This document shows positions 9,565-18,631 of a stretch of 64,000 nucleotides of DNA, in pieces; the stretch's first letter is position 1; every line of letters starts with the position of its first letter. Origin of the DNA: Elusimicrobiota bacterium (GTDB lineage Bacteria > CAYTYR01 > UBA6262). The stretch is from contig PMCA01000011.1 in the NCBI GenBank assembly GCA_003153935.1, positions 67,912 through 131,911 of the forward strand. The letters run 5' to 3'. A program made the translations under genes and the position numbers. Below the pieces are notes generated by a model that was given only the letters and a program-made list of their open reading frames with translations, had not been told where the DNA came from and searched no databases.

Positions 9565-9945
9565 TTAATAATTTCCAACGTAAGTTTCCAGTCTAGTCAC
9601 TGGATTGGTCGCCTGTTTAGCGGCCACATAGGAAACGCTGACCACCACGTCTTTTATCTGCCCGGGCAGGGCGCCGATGGGAGTGACAACTACTTGATAT
9701 GAATAATCTACATAAGGAGCGGCATAGGATGTCAGAGCCACCGGATTGACATTGGCGAAGGAGAGATTCTTTATGCTCTCCATTCTTTCCTGCGCCAGGG
9801 TAAGCGCTATGGAATTTTTCCCGGATAGCGAGTCATGATATTGTCCTTCACCCATAATAACCACTACCTCGGCCAAGCCGACCGCCAGGAGCGCGAAGGC
9901 GAAGATTATCTCAACAACCGTAAAACCGTGAGCATTCTTGAACAT
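9565..9945 (-). CDS. Minor pilin (PilV/GspI-like) with prepilin N-terminal methylation motif
   Basis: 126 aa. AHG|FTVVEIIFAFALLAVGL class III signal. Confidence 0.65.
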   Translation of the reverse strand: MFKNAHGFTVVEIIFAFALLAVGLAEVVVIMGEGQYHDSLSGKNSIALTLAQERMESIKNLSFANVNPVALTSYAAPYVDYSYQVVVTPIGALPGQIKDVVVSVSYVAAKQATNPVTRLETYVGNY

Positions 9946-9967
9946 AATCCCTTAAATAGCAGGTAGG

Positions 9968-10004
9968 GGTGGCTGTTTGAGCTTAATTAGGCCCAAACAG
10001 CCAC
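9968..10004 (-). terminator. Strong stem-loop (13-bp stem) just downstream of the major pilin gene. Putative partial terminator/attenuator.
   Basis: GGTGGCTGTTTG-agcttaattagg-CCCAAACAGCCACC. No clean U-tract follows on the minus strand, so a leaky terminator is more likely than a strong one. Confidence 0.4.
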
Positions 10005-10045
10005 CTGTATACCTAAATTAAATTAATTTAATTTGTATCTGCCTA

Positions 10046-10594
10046 CTAGTTGCTCTGAGGTGTGCCATTGGAAACATAAATCGATGTTCCCGCTGCGGTT
10101 ACTGCTCCGGTAGCCGCAGTTGTGCACGCCGTGTTCACCCGGCCGGTGCCGTTGGACCAGATCACGTAATATCCTTGGGCATTGACATAAAAGCCATACT
10201 CCACGGCTCCCGCTGCCGGCGAGAACGGATCCATTAATTCCGCGCTCAGCATGATCGGGCCGTTGGTTCCCAGCACGTTAGTAGTATGGTCAACAGTCAA
10301 GTGCGTGGTCATCCAACCCGTACCGGATACTCTTGAACCAGTATACGCCGCCTGTGCGCCGGTATCGGTATTATCAGGATACTTGGCTAACCCAGTAGAG
10401 CGTGGCGCAGCCGCATAAGCCTCTACGGCAGTACGCAGGGTCGCCAGATTTGACCTGGCCTTGGATTTTGCTCCCTCGTCCTGCATCCCTCTGAAACGTG
10501 GCAAACTAATACCGATTAAAATAGCAATGATTGCCATCACTATCAGAAGCTCGATAAGGGTAAATCCTTCCTTGTTCTTAAAAGCTCTCATCAT
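10046..10594 (-). CDS. pilA: Type IV major pilin / GspG-like pseudopilin (PilA-like)
   Basis: Class III signal MMRAFKNKEG|FTLIELLIVMAIIAILIGISLP. The ORF track start at 10648 adds an unlikely 28-aa leader, so the internal Met at 10594 is preferred. Mature part is rich in Gly, Thr and Ala, as in pilins. Confidence 0.7.
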   Translation of the reverse strand: MMRAFKNKEGFTLIELLIVMAIIAILIGISLPRFRGMQDEGAKSKARSNLATLRTAVEAYAAAPRSTGLAKYPDNTDTGAQAAYTGSRVSGTGWMTTHLTVDHTTNVLGTNGPIMLSAELMDPFSPAAGAVEYGFYVNAQGYYVIWSNGTGRVNTACTTAATGAVTAAGTSIYVSNGTPQSN

Positions 10595-10652
10595 TTTTTT
10601 CACCTCCTTTCTTTTTGAAATATACCACAATTCACTTACTCTATTCAAGTTT

Positions 10653-11861
10653 TTACTTAACCACCTTCATCATATCAAACATCGGCAAGAAGACGCTGGC
10701 CAGCAGGAAGCCCACGGCCGAGCCCACCAGAATCAGGAACACAGGTTCGATCAGAGTAGTAAGCTTTTTAACGCTATAACTGACGTTGGTATCATAAAAA
10801 TCAGCTATCTTGGTGAGCATGGTGTCCAGACTGCCGGATTCTTCGCCGACCGCGATCATCTGGATGGTATCCGGCGGGAATTCCTCACTGATACGCAACG
10901 GCTCAGCGATCTTGCTACCTTCAGTTACGCCTTCCCTGACCCGCCTGATAACCCGGGCGATAATTTCGTTGCCTACAACTTTTTCCACTATCTCCAAAGA
11001 TTCCAGGATAGGTACGCCGCTGGCTGTTAAAGTAGCCAGGGTGCGGGCAAACCTGGCGATGGCTATTTTGCGGGCCAGCACACCCACTACCGGGACCTTC
11101 AACAGGTATTTATCAAACATCAGGGTGCCGGCGGGAGTGGCAAAATACCATTTCAGCGTGACCCAGACCCCGATAAAACCGGCGATAATTACATACCAGA
11201 ATTTCCGGACTATCTGGCTGAAAATAAATACTATCTGCGTCGGCATCGGTAATTTGACGCCGGCTTTCAGGAATACATCAACGAACATCGGGATGAGAAA
11301 GATGGACAGGAACATGATCACGGAGAACCCGACTATCACCAGGATGATGGGATAAACCATCGCGCCTTTTATTTTTTCTTCCAGGTCCGCCTGGTGTTCG
11401 GCGAAAATGGCCAGACGGTTCAAGACCGTATCCAGGGTGCCGCTGACCTCGCCGGCATGTACCATGTGGATCGTCAATTTATTGAAGACCCGCGGATGCT
11501 TGGCCAAGGCGTCGGAAAAAGTGCCGCCGGCCTCGATACCGCGGTAGACGTCCTGGATGATCTCCCGGAACTTGCGGTTTTCCACCTGTTTGGTCAAGGT
11601 ACGCAAACTGGTCAGTAATGACAAGCCCGCACCAATCATATTGGCTAACTGTACGTTAAAAAGGATCAGGTCCTCGTTCTTTACTTTGACAAACCTGTCG
11701 CCAAAACCGAGCTTGATCCCGGATTTTTGTTCCGTGATATCGGTTACAAAATAGCCGATGCTTCCTAATTTGGACGCCAAGGCTTCCCGGTTCTTGGCTT
11801 CCATCACGCCTTTTATCTGTTTGCCCATTTCGTCCCGGGCTTTATAAACGAAAACTGCCAT
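10653..11861 (-). CDS. pilC: Type IV pilus inner-membrane platform protein PilC (GspF family)
   Basis: 402 aa. Two GspF repeats, three TM segments, typical PilC N-terminus. Confidence 0.9.
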   Translation of the reverse strand: MAVFVYKARDEMGKQIKGVMEAKNREALASKLGSIGYFVTDITEQKSGIKLGFGDRFVKVKNEDLILFNVQLANMIGAGLSLLTSLRTLTKQVENRKFREIIQDVYRGIEAGGTFSDALAKHPRVFNKLTIHMVHAGEVSGTLDTVLNRLAIFAEHQADLEEKIKGAMVYPIILVIVGFSVIMFLSIFLIPMFVDVFLKAGVKLPMPTQIVFIFSQIVRKFWYVIIAGFIGVWVTLKWYFATPAGTLMFDKYLLKVPVVGVLARKIAIARFARTLATLTASGVPILESLEIVEKVVGNEIIARVIRRVREGVTEGSKIAEPLRISEEFPPDTIQMIAVGEESGSLDTMLTKIADFYDTNVSYSVKKLTTLIEPVFLILVGSAVGFLLASVFLPMFDMMKVVK

Positions 11862-11879
11862 TAGCTGACCTCGGCTCTT

Positions 11880-13583
11880 TTAATCTTCCTGGGTGGCCCT
11901 GATCACCTCGTCCACCGTGGTAACGCCTTGCAGAACTTTCAATATACCGTCATCGCGCATGGTTTTCATCCCGGCCAGCACCGCTTCCTTGCGCACTACG
12001 TCCATAGAGGTTTTCTGGACGATCAGGCTGCGGATCTTATCATTAGGCAACATAAGCTCGAAAATACAAATACGTCCCTTGTAGCCGGTACCCATGCAGG
12101 TCTTACAGCCTTTGCCATGGTATACCTTCACCCCTTTTTTTGCCGGGTCAATACCGGCCTGCTGCAATAGTCCGTCCGGTGGTTTGAATTCTTCCTTGCA
12201 ATTGGGGCAGATCTTGCGTACCAGGCGCTGGCCGATAACCGCCAGCACCGATGAGGAAACCAGGAACGGCTCCACACCCATATCTACCAACCGGGTAACC
12301 GCGCCCGGCGCGTTATTGGTATGCAGGGTGCTGAAGACCAAATGACCGGTAAGAGCCGCCTGGATGGCGATCTCCGCCGTCTCCAGGTCTCTGATTTCTC
12401 CGACCATCACCACGTCCGGGTCCTGACGCAGAATAGCGCGCAAGCCGGAGGAAAAGGTCAGCCCGGCCTTAACGTTGACCTGCGCCTGCCGGATAAGTTT
12501 TAACCTATATTCCACCGGGTCCTCAACGGTTATGATATTTTTATCGATGGTATTAATAACATTCAAGGAGCTGTAAAGGGTGGTGGTTTTACCGCTGCCG
12601 GTAGGCCCCGTCACCAAGACGATACCGTAAGATTTTTTAATCGTTTTATTAAATTCTTCCAGGACATCCGGCGCGAACCCAAGTTGTTCCAGCCCCAGCA
12701 GGGCTTTGGATACGTCCAGGATCCTCATGACGATATTTTCGCCGTAAATAGTGGGCAAGGTAGAGACACGCATGTCCACCTGCCGGTTCTCCACCTTGAT
12801 GCGGAACCGGCCGTCCTGCGGCACGCGTTTTTCGGCGATATCCATTTCGCTCATGATCTTGACGCGTGACAAAATAGCGGCCTGGATGTTCTTAGGCGGC
12901 GCCGGCACTTCCTGCATCACCCCGTCTATGCGATAACGGATGCGGAGCATGTTCTCTTCCGGCTCGATATGTATGTCGCTGGCTCCATCCCGGATAGCAT
13001 TCATGATTAGCAGGTTCACCAGTTTTATGACCGGCGCTTCTTCCGCCAGGTCCTGTAATTTTTTAGCCTCGATGTCATGTTCGCCAGTCCCGAGCAGTTC
13101 GCCTTCGTCCTCTTCGATCTTCTTGATCACTTCGTCCATGGTGCCGGTGACGCCGTAATACTGGTCGATCGCCCTTTTAATATCGCTGTCCGTAGCCAGC
13201 GCCGGTTCCACCGTGCAACCCGCTTTCAGGCTGACTTCGTCGATAGCAAAAACGTTCAGAGGATCCGCCATGGCTACAGTTAAAGTATCGCCGATCTTGA
13301 ACAACGGCACCAGCTGGTATTTCCTGGCAACGTATTCTGGTACCAGGTTGACCGTTTCCGGGTCCACCAGGTAATCCTTCAGGTCGACATGCGGTATGCC
13401 GAGCTGCTCACCGAGAAAACTGACCAGGGCCTCTTCACTGATCAGGTTCAGCCGCACTAACACCTTGCCCAGCCTCTCGCCGGATTCATGCTGTACTTTC
13501 AAGGCCTCATCGATCTGCTGTTTGCTTACCAGCCCAGCCTCTACCAGTATTTCCCCTAATTTTTTCTTCTCGCCTTTTACCAC
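11880..13583 (-). CDS. pilB: Type IV pilus assembly ATPase PilB (GspE family)
   Basis: 567 aa. GspE_N/MshEN N-domain, Walker A GPTGSGKTTTLYS, Asp/His boxes, tetracysteine motif CPNCK...CKTCMGTGYKGR. Confidence 0.9.
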   Translation of the reverse strand: MVKGEKKKLGEILVEAGLVSKQQIDEALKVQHESGERLGKVLVRLNLISEEALVSFLGEQLGIPHVDLKDYLVDPETVNLVPEYVARKYQLVPLFKIGDTLTVAMADPLNVFAIDEVSLKAGCTVEPALATDSDIKRAIDQYYGVTGTMDEVIKKIEEDEGELLGTGEHDIEAKKLQDLAEEAPVIKLVNLLIMNAIRDGASDIHIEPEENMLRIRYRIDGVMQEVPAPPKNIQAAILSRVKIMSEMDIAEKRVPQDGRFRIKVENRQVDMRVSTLPTIYGENIVMRILDVSKALLGLEQLGFAPDVLEEFNKTIKKSYGIVLVTGPTGSGKTTTLYSSLNVINTIDKNIITVEDPVEYRLKLIRQAQVNVKAGLTFSSGLRAILRQDPDVVMVGEIRDLETAEIAIQAALTGHLVFSTLHTNNAPGAVTRLVDMGVEPFLVSSSVLAVIGQRLVRKICPNCKEEFKPPDGLLQQAGIDPAKKGVKVYHGKGCKTCMGTGYKGRICIFELMLPNDKIRSLIVQKTSMDVVRKEAVLAGMKTMRDDGILKVLQGVTTVDEVIRATQED

Positions 13584-13602
13584 TTTTATCCCCGCAGATT
13601 AT

Positions 13603-13986
13603 TTACTTCTTCATGCCTTGTTCAATGGTTTGGTTAATCTTCCTGATAAGTTCTTCCGGTTCGAATGGCTTGGTCATATAAACGTCGGCTCCGGTCTTAA
13701 AACCAGTCTCCTTATCCACTTCCTGCATGCGCGCGGTCAGCATGATGATCGGAATATGTTTATATTTGTCGTCAAATTTTAATATCCGGCAAACTTTGAA
13801 ACCGTCCATTTTGGGCAACATTATATCCAGGACTATCAGGTCCGGGTTTTCCGTCCGGGCCATTTCCAAGCCCTGGAAGCCATCCATAGCCAAGACAATG
13901 GTAAACCCAGCACTCTCCAAATTCATTTTCACTAATTCCCTGATCAAAGCGTCATCTTCAACTACCAGGATCTTTTTACCGGCCAT
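13603..13986 (-). CDS. Stand-alone response regulator receiver protein
   Basis: 127 aa REC domain (KILVVEDDALIREL...LIVLDIMLPKMDG...MLTAR...YMTKPF). Confidence 0.8.
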   Translation of the reverse strand: MAGKKILVVEDDALIRELVKMNLESAGFTIVLAMDGFQGLEMARTENPDLIVLDIMLPKMDGFKVCRILKFDDKYKHIPIIMLTARMQEVDKETGFKTGADVYMTKPFEPEELIRKINQTIEQGMKK

Positions 13987-14012
13987 TGCTTCCTCCTCAC
14001 AGAATACAGTTG

Positions 14013-14103
14013 CGAGTTATTAAGTTACGAGTGAGCGAGTTTTGGATTAAATTATTAATTTATGAATACCCTAACTCGTAACTCGAAACACGAACTCGTA
14101 ACT
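14013..14103. repeat. Intergenic direct and inverted repeats (AACTCGTAACT x2 direct, AGTTACGAGT inverted) between the two receiver genes
   Basis: AGTTACGAGT at 14023-14032. AACTCGTAACT at 14073-14083 and 14093-14103. These can form alternative long-range hairpins in the minus-strand transcript just upstream of the RBS of the 13603..13986 gene. Confidence 0.35.
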
Positions 14104-14106
14104 GTT

Positions 14107-14472
14107 TTATTCAAGCAGTTTCGTAATTTTTTCCGCCAGGCTTAACGGATCAAAAGGCTTGGTTATGTATTCATCAGCACCGGCAGCCAGTCCCTTTTCG
14201 ATCTCGTCTTTCTGCGCTTTGGCCGAGATCATGATGACCTTGGTGCCCGCGGTCTCCGGATGGCTTTTTATCTGCCGGCAAACCTCGTAGCCGTTCAGAT
14301 CCGGCATCATCACGTCCAGCAGGACCAGGTCGGCTTTTACCTCCAGCGCCTTAGCCAGCCCTTCCCGCCCATTATGAGCGCGAATGATCGTAAACTTGTC
14401 TGGTTCGAAACTATATTCGAACAGGTCCAAGATCAAAGGATCATCATCTACGATCAATATTTTTTTTGTCAT
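14107..14472 (-). CDS. Stand-alone response regulator receiver protein
   Basis: 121 aa REC domain (KILIVDDDPLILDL...LVLLDVMMPDLNG...ISAK...YITKPF). Confidence 0.8.
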   Translation of the reverse strand: MTKKILIVDDDPLILDLFEYSFEPDKFTIIRAHNGREGLAKALEVKADLVLLDVMMPDLNGYEVCRQIKSHPETAGTKVIMISAKAQKDEIEKGLAAGADEYITKPFDPLSLAEKITKLLE

Positions 14473-14476
14473 CCTA

Positions 14477-17020
14477 TCAACCCATGATCCTGTCGATTTC
14501 CGCTACCAGCTCCTTGACTTTGAACGGCTTGGTTATATAGCGTAAAGCCCCCAATTCCAGGCCTTTCCTTTTATCTTCATCCATCTTGCGGGCGGAAATA
14601 ATTATTACCGGTATCCGCTGGATAAATAGGTCCGGATCGGCCTTCAGCTGCTTCAGTACTTCATACCCGTCCAGCTTGGGCATCATCACATCCAGCAGGA
14701 TCAGAGCCGGTTTCAATTCTTTCGCTTTAGCCAGAGCCTCTTCGCCGTCTATGGCCACTTTGGTGTTATATCCCTCTTCCGACAGGGTGATCTTGATAAG
14801 TTCAACTACGTTAGGCTCATCGTCAGCGATCAGGATGGTGCCGCGCTTCTTGCCGCCGCGCACACCCAGGGTCTCGCTGACCTTGGATAACAATTGCTTC
14901 TTATCTACCGGTTTATTCAGATAATCAACCACGCCCATCTGGCGGGTCTGGCTCTCTTTATCCTGTAAGATAGAAACTATCATTACGGGAATATCTTTGG
15001 TTTGGGTGTCTTCTTTGAGCGCTTTCAATACCTGGATGCCATCCATATCAGGCAATTTTATATCCAGGAGTATTAAATCTGGTTTGGCTTCCCGCGCTTG
15101 CTGTAATGCCTGGTACCCGGTCAGGGCCCAGATAACGTGATAGCCTTCATCCTCCAGGTATATCTTATGCAGGTTGAGGATGTCCTGTTCGTCGTCCACC
15201 AGCAGAATGGTTTTTTGCCCGGGTAGTGCGTGCCGGCCGCGGGCCTCACCCAACAGCTCGCCTTCACTGGAAACAGGCCGGAAAGCCGGCAAAGTAAAGC
15301 AGAAACGGCTGCCTTTGTTGGGCCCGTCACTTTCGGCCCAGACCTTGCCTTCATGCATCTCTACGATCCTCTTGACAATGGCCAATCCCAGGCCGGCCCC
15401 GCCGGTTTGCCGGGTCGATGATGAATCCACCTGGTAGAATTTTTCGAATATTTTTTCCAGTTCCTCCGGGGGAATGCCGATACCGCTGTCACTGATGCGC
15501 GCTTCCACCTGGTTCTTGTCTTTTTCAAAAATTTCAATGATGACTTTGCCGTTTTCCGGGGTGAACTTAAAAGCGTTAGTGAGGAAGTTGGCCAGTACCT
15601 GCAGCAACTTATCTTTATCGGCGTAGACAAAGGGCAGGTCATCCTGGATGATGGCGGTCAAACTTATCTTTTTCTGGTCGAAATGGGAACGCATGCGCTC
15701 GATCACGGTTTCCGTCAGCGCTTTCAGGCTGATCGAAGCTTTGTTCATCCGGACCTGGCCGGCTTCGATGCGGGAGAGGTTCAGCAGGTCGGTGATCAAA
15801 GTGGTCAAATGGTCGCTTTGCTCTTCCACGATCTTGAGGAATCTTTTCTGGCTATCGCTGATCTCGCCGGCACGGCCGGCTAGCATCAGGGCGGTATAGC
15901 CCTTTATCGAAGTTAAAGGGGAGCGCAACTCATGGGAAACCATGGAGAGGAAATCGCTCTTGGCCTGGTTTAATTCGCGTAACTTCACCACTAACTGCTG
16001 TTCCTGGGAATAAAGCCGGGCGTTTTCCAGCGCTACTGCGGCCTGGTCGCCAAAAGCCCGTACCAGGTCGATCTGGTGCTGCGTGAATTGTCCGGGATTC
16101 TTGGTGTAAAGGCAAAAAGCGCCTTTAGCCATGTTCTTTACTATCAGGGGGACGCAAAGCAGGGAAGCCATTTTTTCTTGCTGGACGATGGGATTGGACT
16201 GGTACGCCTCATCCCGGTTTAACTCCGGGATGATGACCACGCGTTTTTCCTGTATGGTCTTCCCGGTAATACTGTTATCTACCCGGACAGACTGGGGGTG
16301 AAGGTTGGTATCAACCCCGTAGCTGGCGCTGAGGATCAACTCCTGGCCGGTTTCGTTGAGCAGCCGCAAAGTACAGGCATCCGCCCTGGCAAATTCGGTT
16401 ATGGACCTGACGATAAAATCCAGCACTTCTTTCAAGTCCAGGCTGGCGCCCATCAAGGTGCATAATTTGATCAGTGACTGCAATTCTTTTTGCTGTAACC
16501 AATTCTCTTTTTCCACTTGTTTGAGAATGGTTATATCGGTGAAAAGGTAGATAGAGCCGGCTATTTTGTTCTGGCGGTAGAGAGGCAGGACCTTAACCAT
16601 GGTTTCCATGATGTGACCGCTCTTAGACCGGATGGTGGTTTGGATGAGGCGTTGCTCAGCGGCTTTGCGGTAATTGATCTCTGTTTTAAGCTTATCGCGT
16701 TCGGATTCAACTATCAATTCGGACAGGTTTTTGCCCCGCAACTCGGACGCGGTAAATTCCAGGAATCTTTCGCCGCTGTAATTGACAAAGGTGATGCTCT
16801 CAGTCAGATCGCAGGCAACAACGGCGTCCACTCCTTCGGTCAGAACGCTGGTGGCGATCTCTCTTTCCCCGTCCATGTCGCCGAAATCAAGATCAGGGTC
16901 CTCAGTGCGCAGGGCCAGCTTTCTTATGCCCCTGTTCTGCCAAAAAATACCGGCCAATAACACTGTGATGATACCGATGAAAACGAGCAAGAAGACATTG
17001 AAGACTTGATTGATGGTCAT
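14477..17020 (-). CDS. Hybrid sensor histidine kinase (TM-PAS-GAF-HisKA-HATPase_c-REC-REC)
   Basis: 847 aa. N-terminal TM, PAS-like and GAF regions, H-box SHELRSPLTSIKGY, ATP-binding G-boxes (DSGIGIP, GGAGLGLAIVKR), two C-terminal receivers (ILLVDDEQDI...LLDIKLPDMDG and ILIADDEPNV...LLDVMMPKLDG). Confidence 0.85.
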   Translation of the reverse strand: MTINQVFNVFLLVFIGIITVLLAGIFWQNRGIRKLALRTEDPDLDFGDMDGEREIATSVLTEGVDAVVACDLTESITFVNYSGERFLEFTASELRGKNLSELIVESERDKLKTEINYRKAAEQRLIQTTIRSKSGHIMETMVKVLPLYRQNKIAGSIYLFTDITILKQVEKENWLQQKELQSLIKLCTLMGASLDLKEVLDFIVRSITEFARADACTLRLLNETGQELILSASYGVDTNLHPQSVRVDNSITGKTIQEKRVVIIPELNRDEAYQSNPIVQQEKMASLLCVPLIVKNMAKGAFCLYTKNPGQFTQHQIDLVRAFGDQAAVALENARLYSQEQQLVVKLRELNQAKSDFLSMVSHELRSPLTSIKGYTALMLAGRAGEISDSQKRFLKIVEEQSDHLTTLITDLLNLSRIEAGQVRMNKASISLKALTETVIERMRSHFDQKKISLTAIIQDDLPFVYADKDKLLQVLANFLTNAFKFTPENGKVIIEIFEKDKNQVEARISDSGIGIPPEELEKIFEKFYQVDSSSTRQTGGAGLGLAIVKRIVEMHEGKVWAESDGPNKGSRFCFTLPAFRPVSSEGELLGEARGRHALPGQKTILLVDDEQDILNLHKIYLEDEGYHVIWALTGYQALQQAREAKPDLILLDIKLPDMDGIQVLKALKEDTQTKDIPVMIVSILQDKESQTRQMGVVDYLNKPVDKKQLLSKVSETLGVRGGKKRGTILIADDEPNVVELIKITLSEEGYNTKVAIDGEEALAKAKELKPALILLDVMMPKLDGYEVLKQLKADPDLFIQRIPVIIISARKMDEDKRKGLELGALRYITKPFKVKELVAEIDRIMG

Positions 17021-17056
17021 CTGTAATTATTACCTGCTTTTGAGAAAATTTTCGTT

Positions 17057-18490
17057 CTAGAAAATTTCCGAATACAGAGTCACCTGATTGCGTCCGTGAG
17101 CCTTGCCCCAGTTCAGCGCTTCCTCACTCATCTTCAAAAGTTCTTCCTTGTCATCCGTATCGCCGGGGAAAGTACCCAACCCCATGGTTATGGTAATGTT
17201 GATCACCCCGTTGGGAACAACAAACCCGTGATTTTCCACCAACTGCCTGATACGCCCGGCCACGGCCCGGGAGCCGTCACGCGGCGTGTTTGGCAGGATC
17301 ATGGCTATGCCGTCACCCTCAAAACGGGCGGCGAAATCGACTTCTCGGGTATTATGCATGCAGATCTTGGCCAGTTCACACAGGATTGTGTCGCCCACCG
17401 GATGGCCGTAGGTATCATTGTATACTTTAAAATGGTCCACGTCGAGGATCAGCAGTGACATTTCCTGCTTAAAGCGCTTGGCCCGTGCCAGTTCTTCGCC
17501 TAGTCTCTGGTTAAAGTATTTCTGCACGTACAGTTTGGTCAGGCTGTCAACGATGGTGGCCTCTTCCATTCTCTTGGCCAGGCGGATACTCTGGATCGCT
17601 GTGGCCATCTGATTGCCGAACAGCAATAAATACTTTTCGTCTTCAGCGGACAGCAATTGTTTGGAAAAAACGTTATCGATAGTCAGGACGCCAAGGTATT
17701 CGTCTTTGGTCTTAATCGGCAGGTTAATTATGGGTTTGTGGCGGATATCGTCTACCTGTTTGGAAAATAATGTATCGACTACTTCATTTATGCCGGGGCG
17801 GAGAGGATACTTGTACTCCTCTATCGAACGGACAGTGCCGCCGGCATCCACGGCCATTTTGCCGTTAAGCATATTCTTATCCTGGTCGATCAGGAACAGC
17901 TTGGCCCGATCCACTCCCAGGTGCTTGACGATATTCTTCAGGATTATTTCCAGCGCTTCGCCCAGGTCCATGGTGCGTACGATCGAATTATTGATCCGGG
18001 ACAAAACTAATAGTTCATCGGTCAGGTTCTGGTTCTTCTCTTGCAGGGAGGCGCCTTCGATGCCAATCTCGAATTTACCCACGAATTCCTGCGCCCGTTT
18101 CGTTTGTTCGTCGCTAAAAGGCGTTTTGGATACCATCATATCCGCCCGCAGGATAGCAATCACGCCGCTGTCATTCCTGATGGGCAGATAAAGGGTCAAC
18201 CCGTTATCGGCGAGCACGCATTCTTTTTTCCCCAAAGCCAATTCGCTGAGGCCAAGATCGCCGCTCTCGGTGGAGATCTTTTCTTCCAGGTTAAGCAGGC
18301 CCTTGCCGTCAATGATAAATCGGCTTTTAAAAACTTGCTCGTTCTTATCCAGGAGAAAGACCGTGGCCCGGTCGCAGTTTACATAGTTCAGGAGGGCTTG
18401 TAATCCTTTCTTCAATACCGCGTCTAATCCATTTTTGATATCTTTGAAGGCTTCTACCAGTTCTTCCCAGACCTTTTTCTGCTCGGCCAT
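17057..18490 (-). CDS. Tandem GAF-domain protein with degenerate GGDEF domain (A-site EGDGI instead of GGEEF; I-site RxxD intact)
   Basis: 477 aa. Two GAF-like regions, then a GGDEF fold with DSLT, DVDHFKVYNDTYGH and GD motifs present. The signature reads R-EVD-FAARF-EGDGI-AMIL. Confidence 0.8.
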   Translation of the reverse strand: MAEQKKVWEELVEAFKDIKNGLDAVLKKGLQALLNYVNCDRATVFLLDKNEQVFKSRFIIDGKGLLNLEEKISTESGDLGLSELALGKKECVLADNGLTLYLPIRNDSGVIAILRADMMVSKTPFSDEQTKRAQEFVGKFEIGIEGASLQEKNQNLTDELLVLSRINNSIVRTMDLGEALEIILKNIVKHLGVDRAKLFLIDQDKNMLNGKMAVDAGGTVRSIEEYKYPLRPGINEVVDTLFSKQVDDIRHKPIINLPIKTKDEYLGVLTIDNVFSKQLLSAEDEKYLLLFGNQMATAIQSIRLAKRMEEATIVDSLTKLYVQKYFNQRLGEELARAKRFKQEMSLLILDVDHFKVYNDTYGHPVGDTILCELAKICMHNTREVDFAARFEGDGIAMILPNTPRDGSRAVAGRIRQLVENHGFVVPNGVINITITMGLGTFPGDTDDKEELLKMSEEALNWGKAHGRNQVTLYSEIF

Positions 18491-18560
18491 TTGCTACCTC
18501 CTCGCCGAAATCACCTTTTCCAATTCATCTTAATTTAACATATCTCGACAATTTTGTCAA

Positions 18561-18604
18561 TAAAAACCCCTAGCCAAATTTAAGCATTTTAGCTAGGGGA
18601 AAAT
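18561..18604 (-). terminator. Rho-independent terminator for the 18632..19405 gene (8-bp GC-rich stem CCCCTAGC/GCTAGGGG, then a U-run on the minus strand)
   Basis: Minus-strand sequence is aattttCCCCTAGCtaaaatgcttaaatttgGCTAGGGGttttta, directly downstream of the stop at 18632. Confidence 0.55.
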
Positions 18605-18631
18605 TACTATCGGGTCTATAGGACAAACGGG

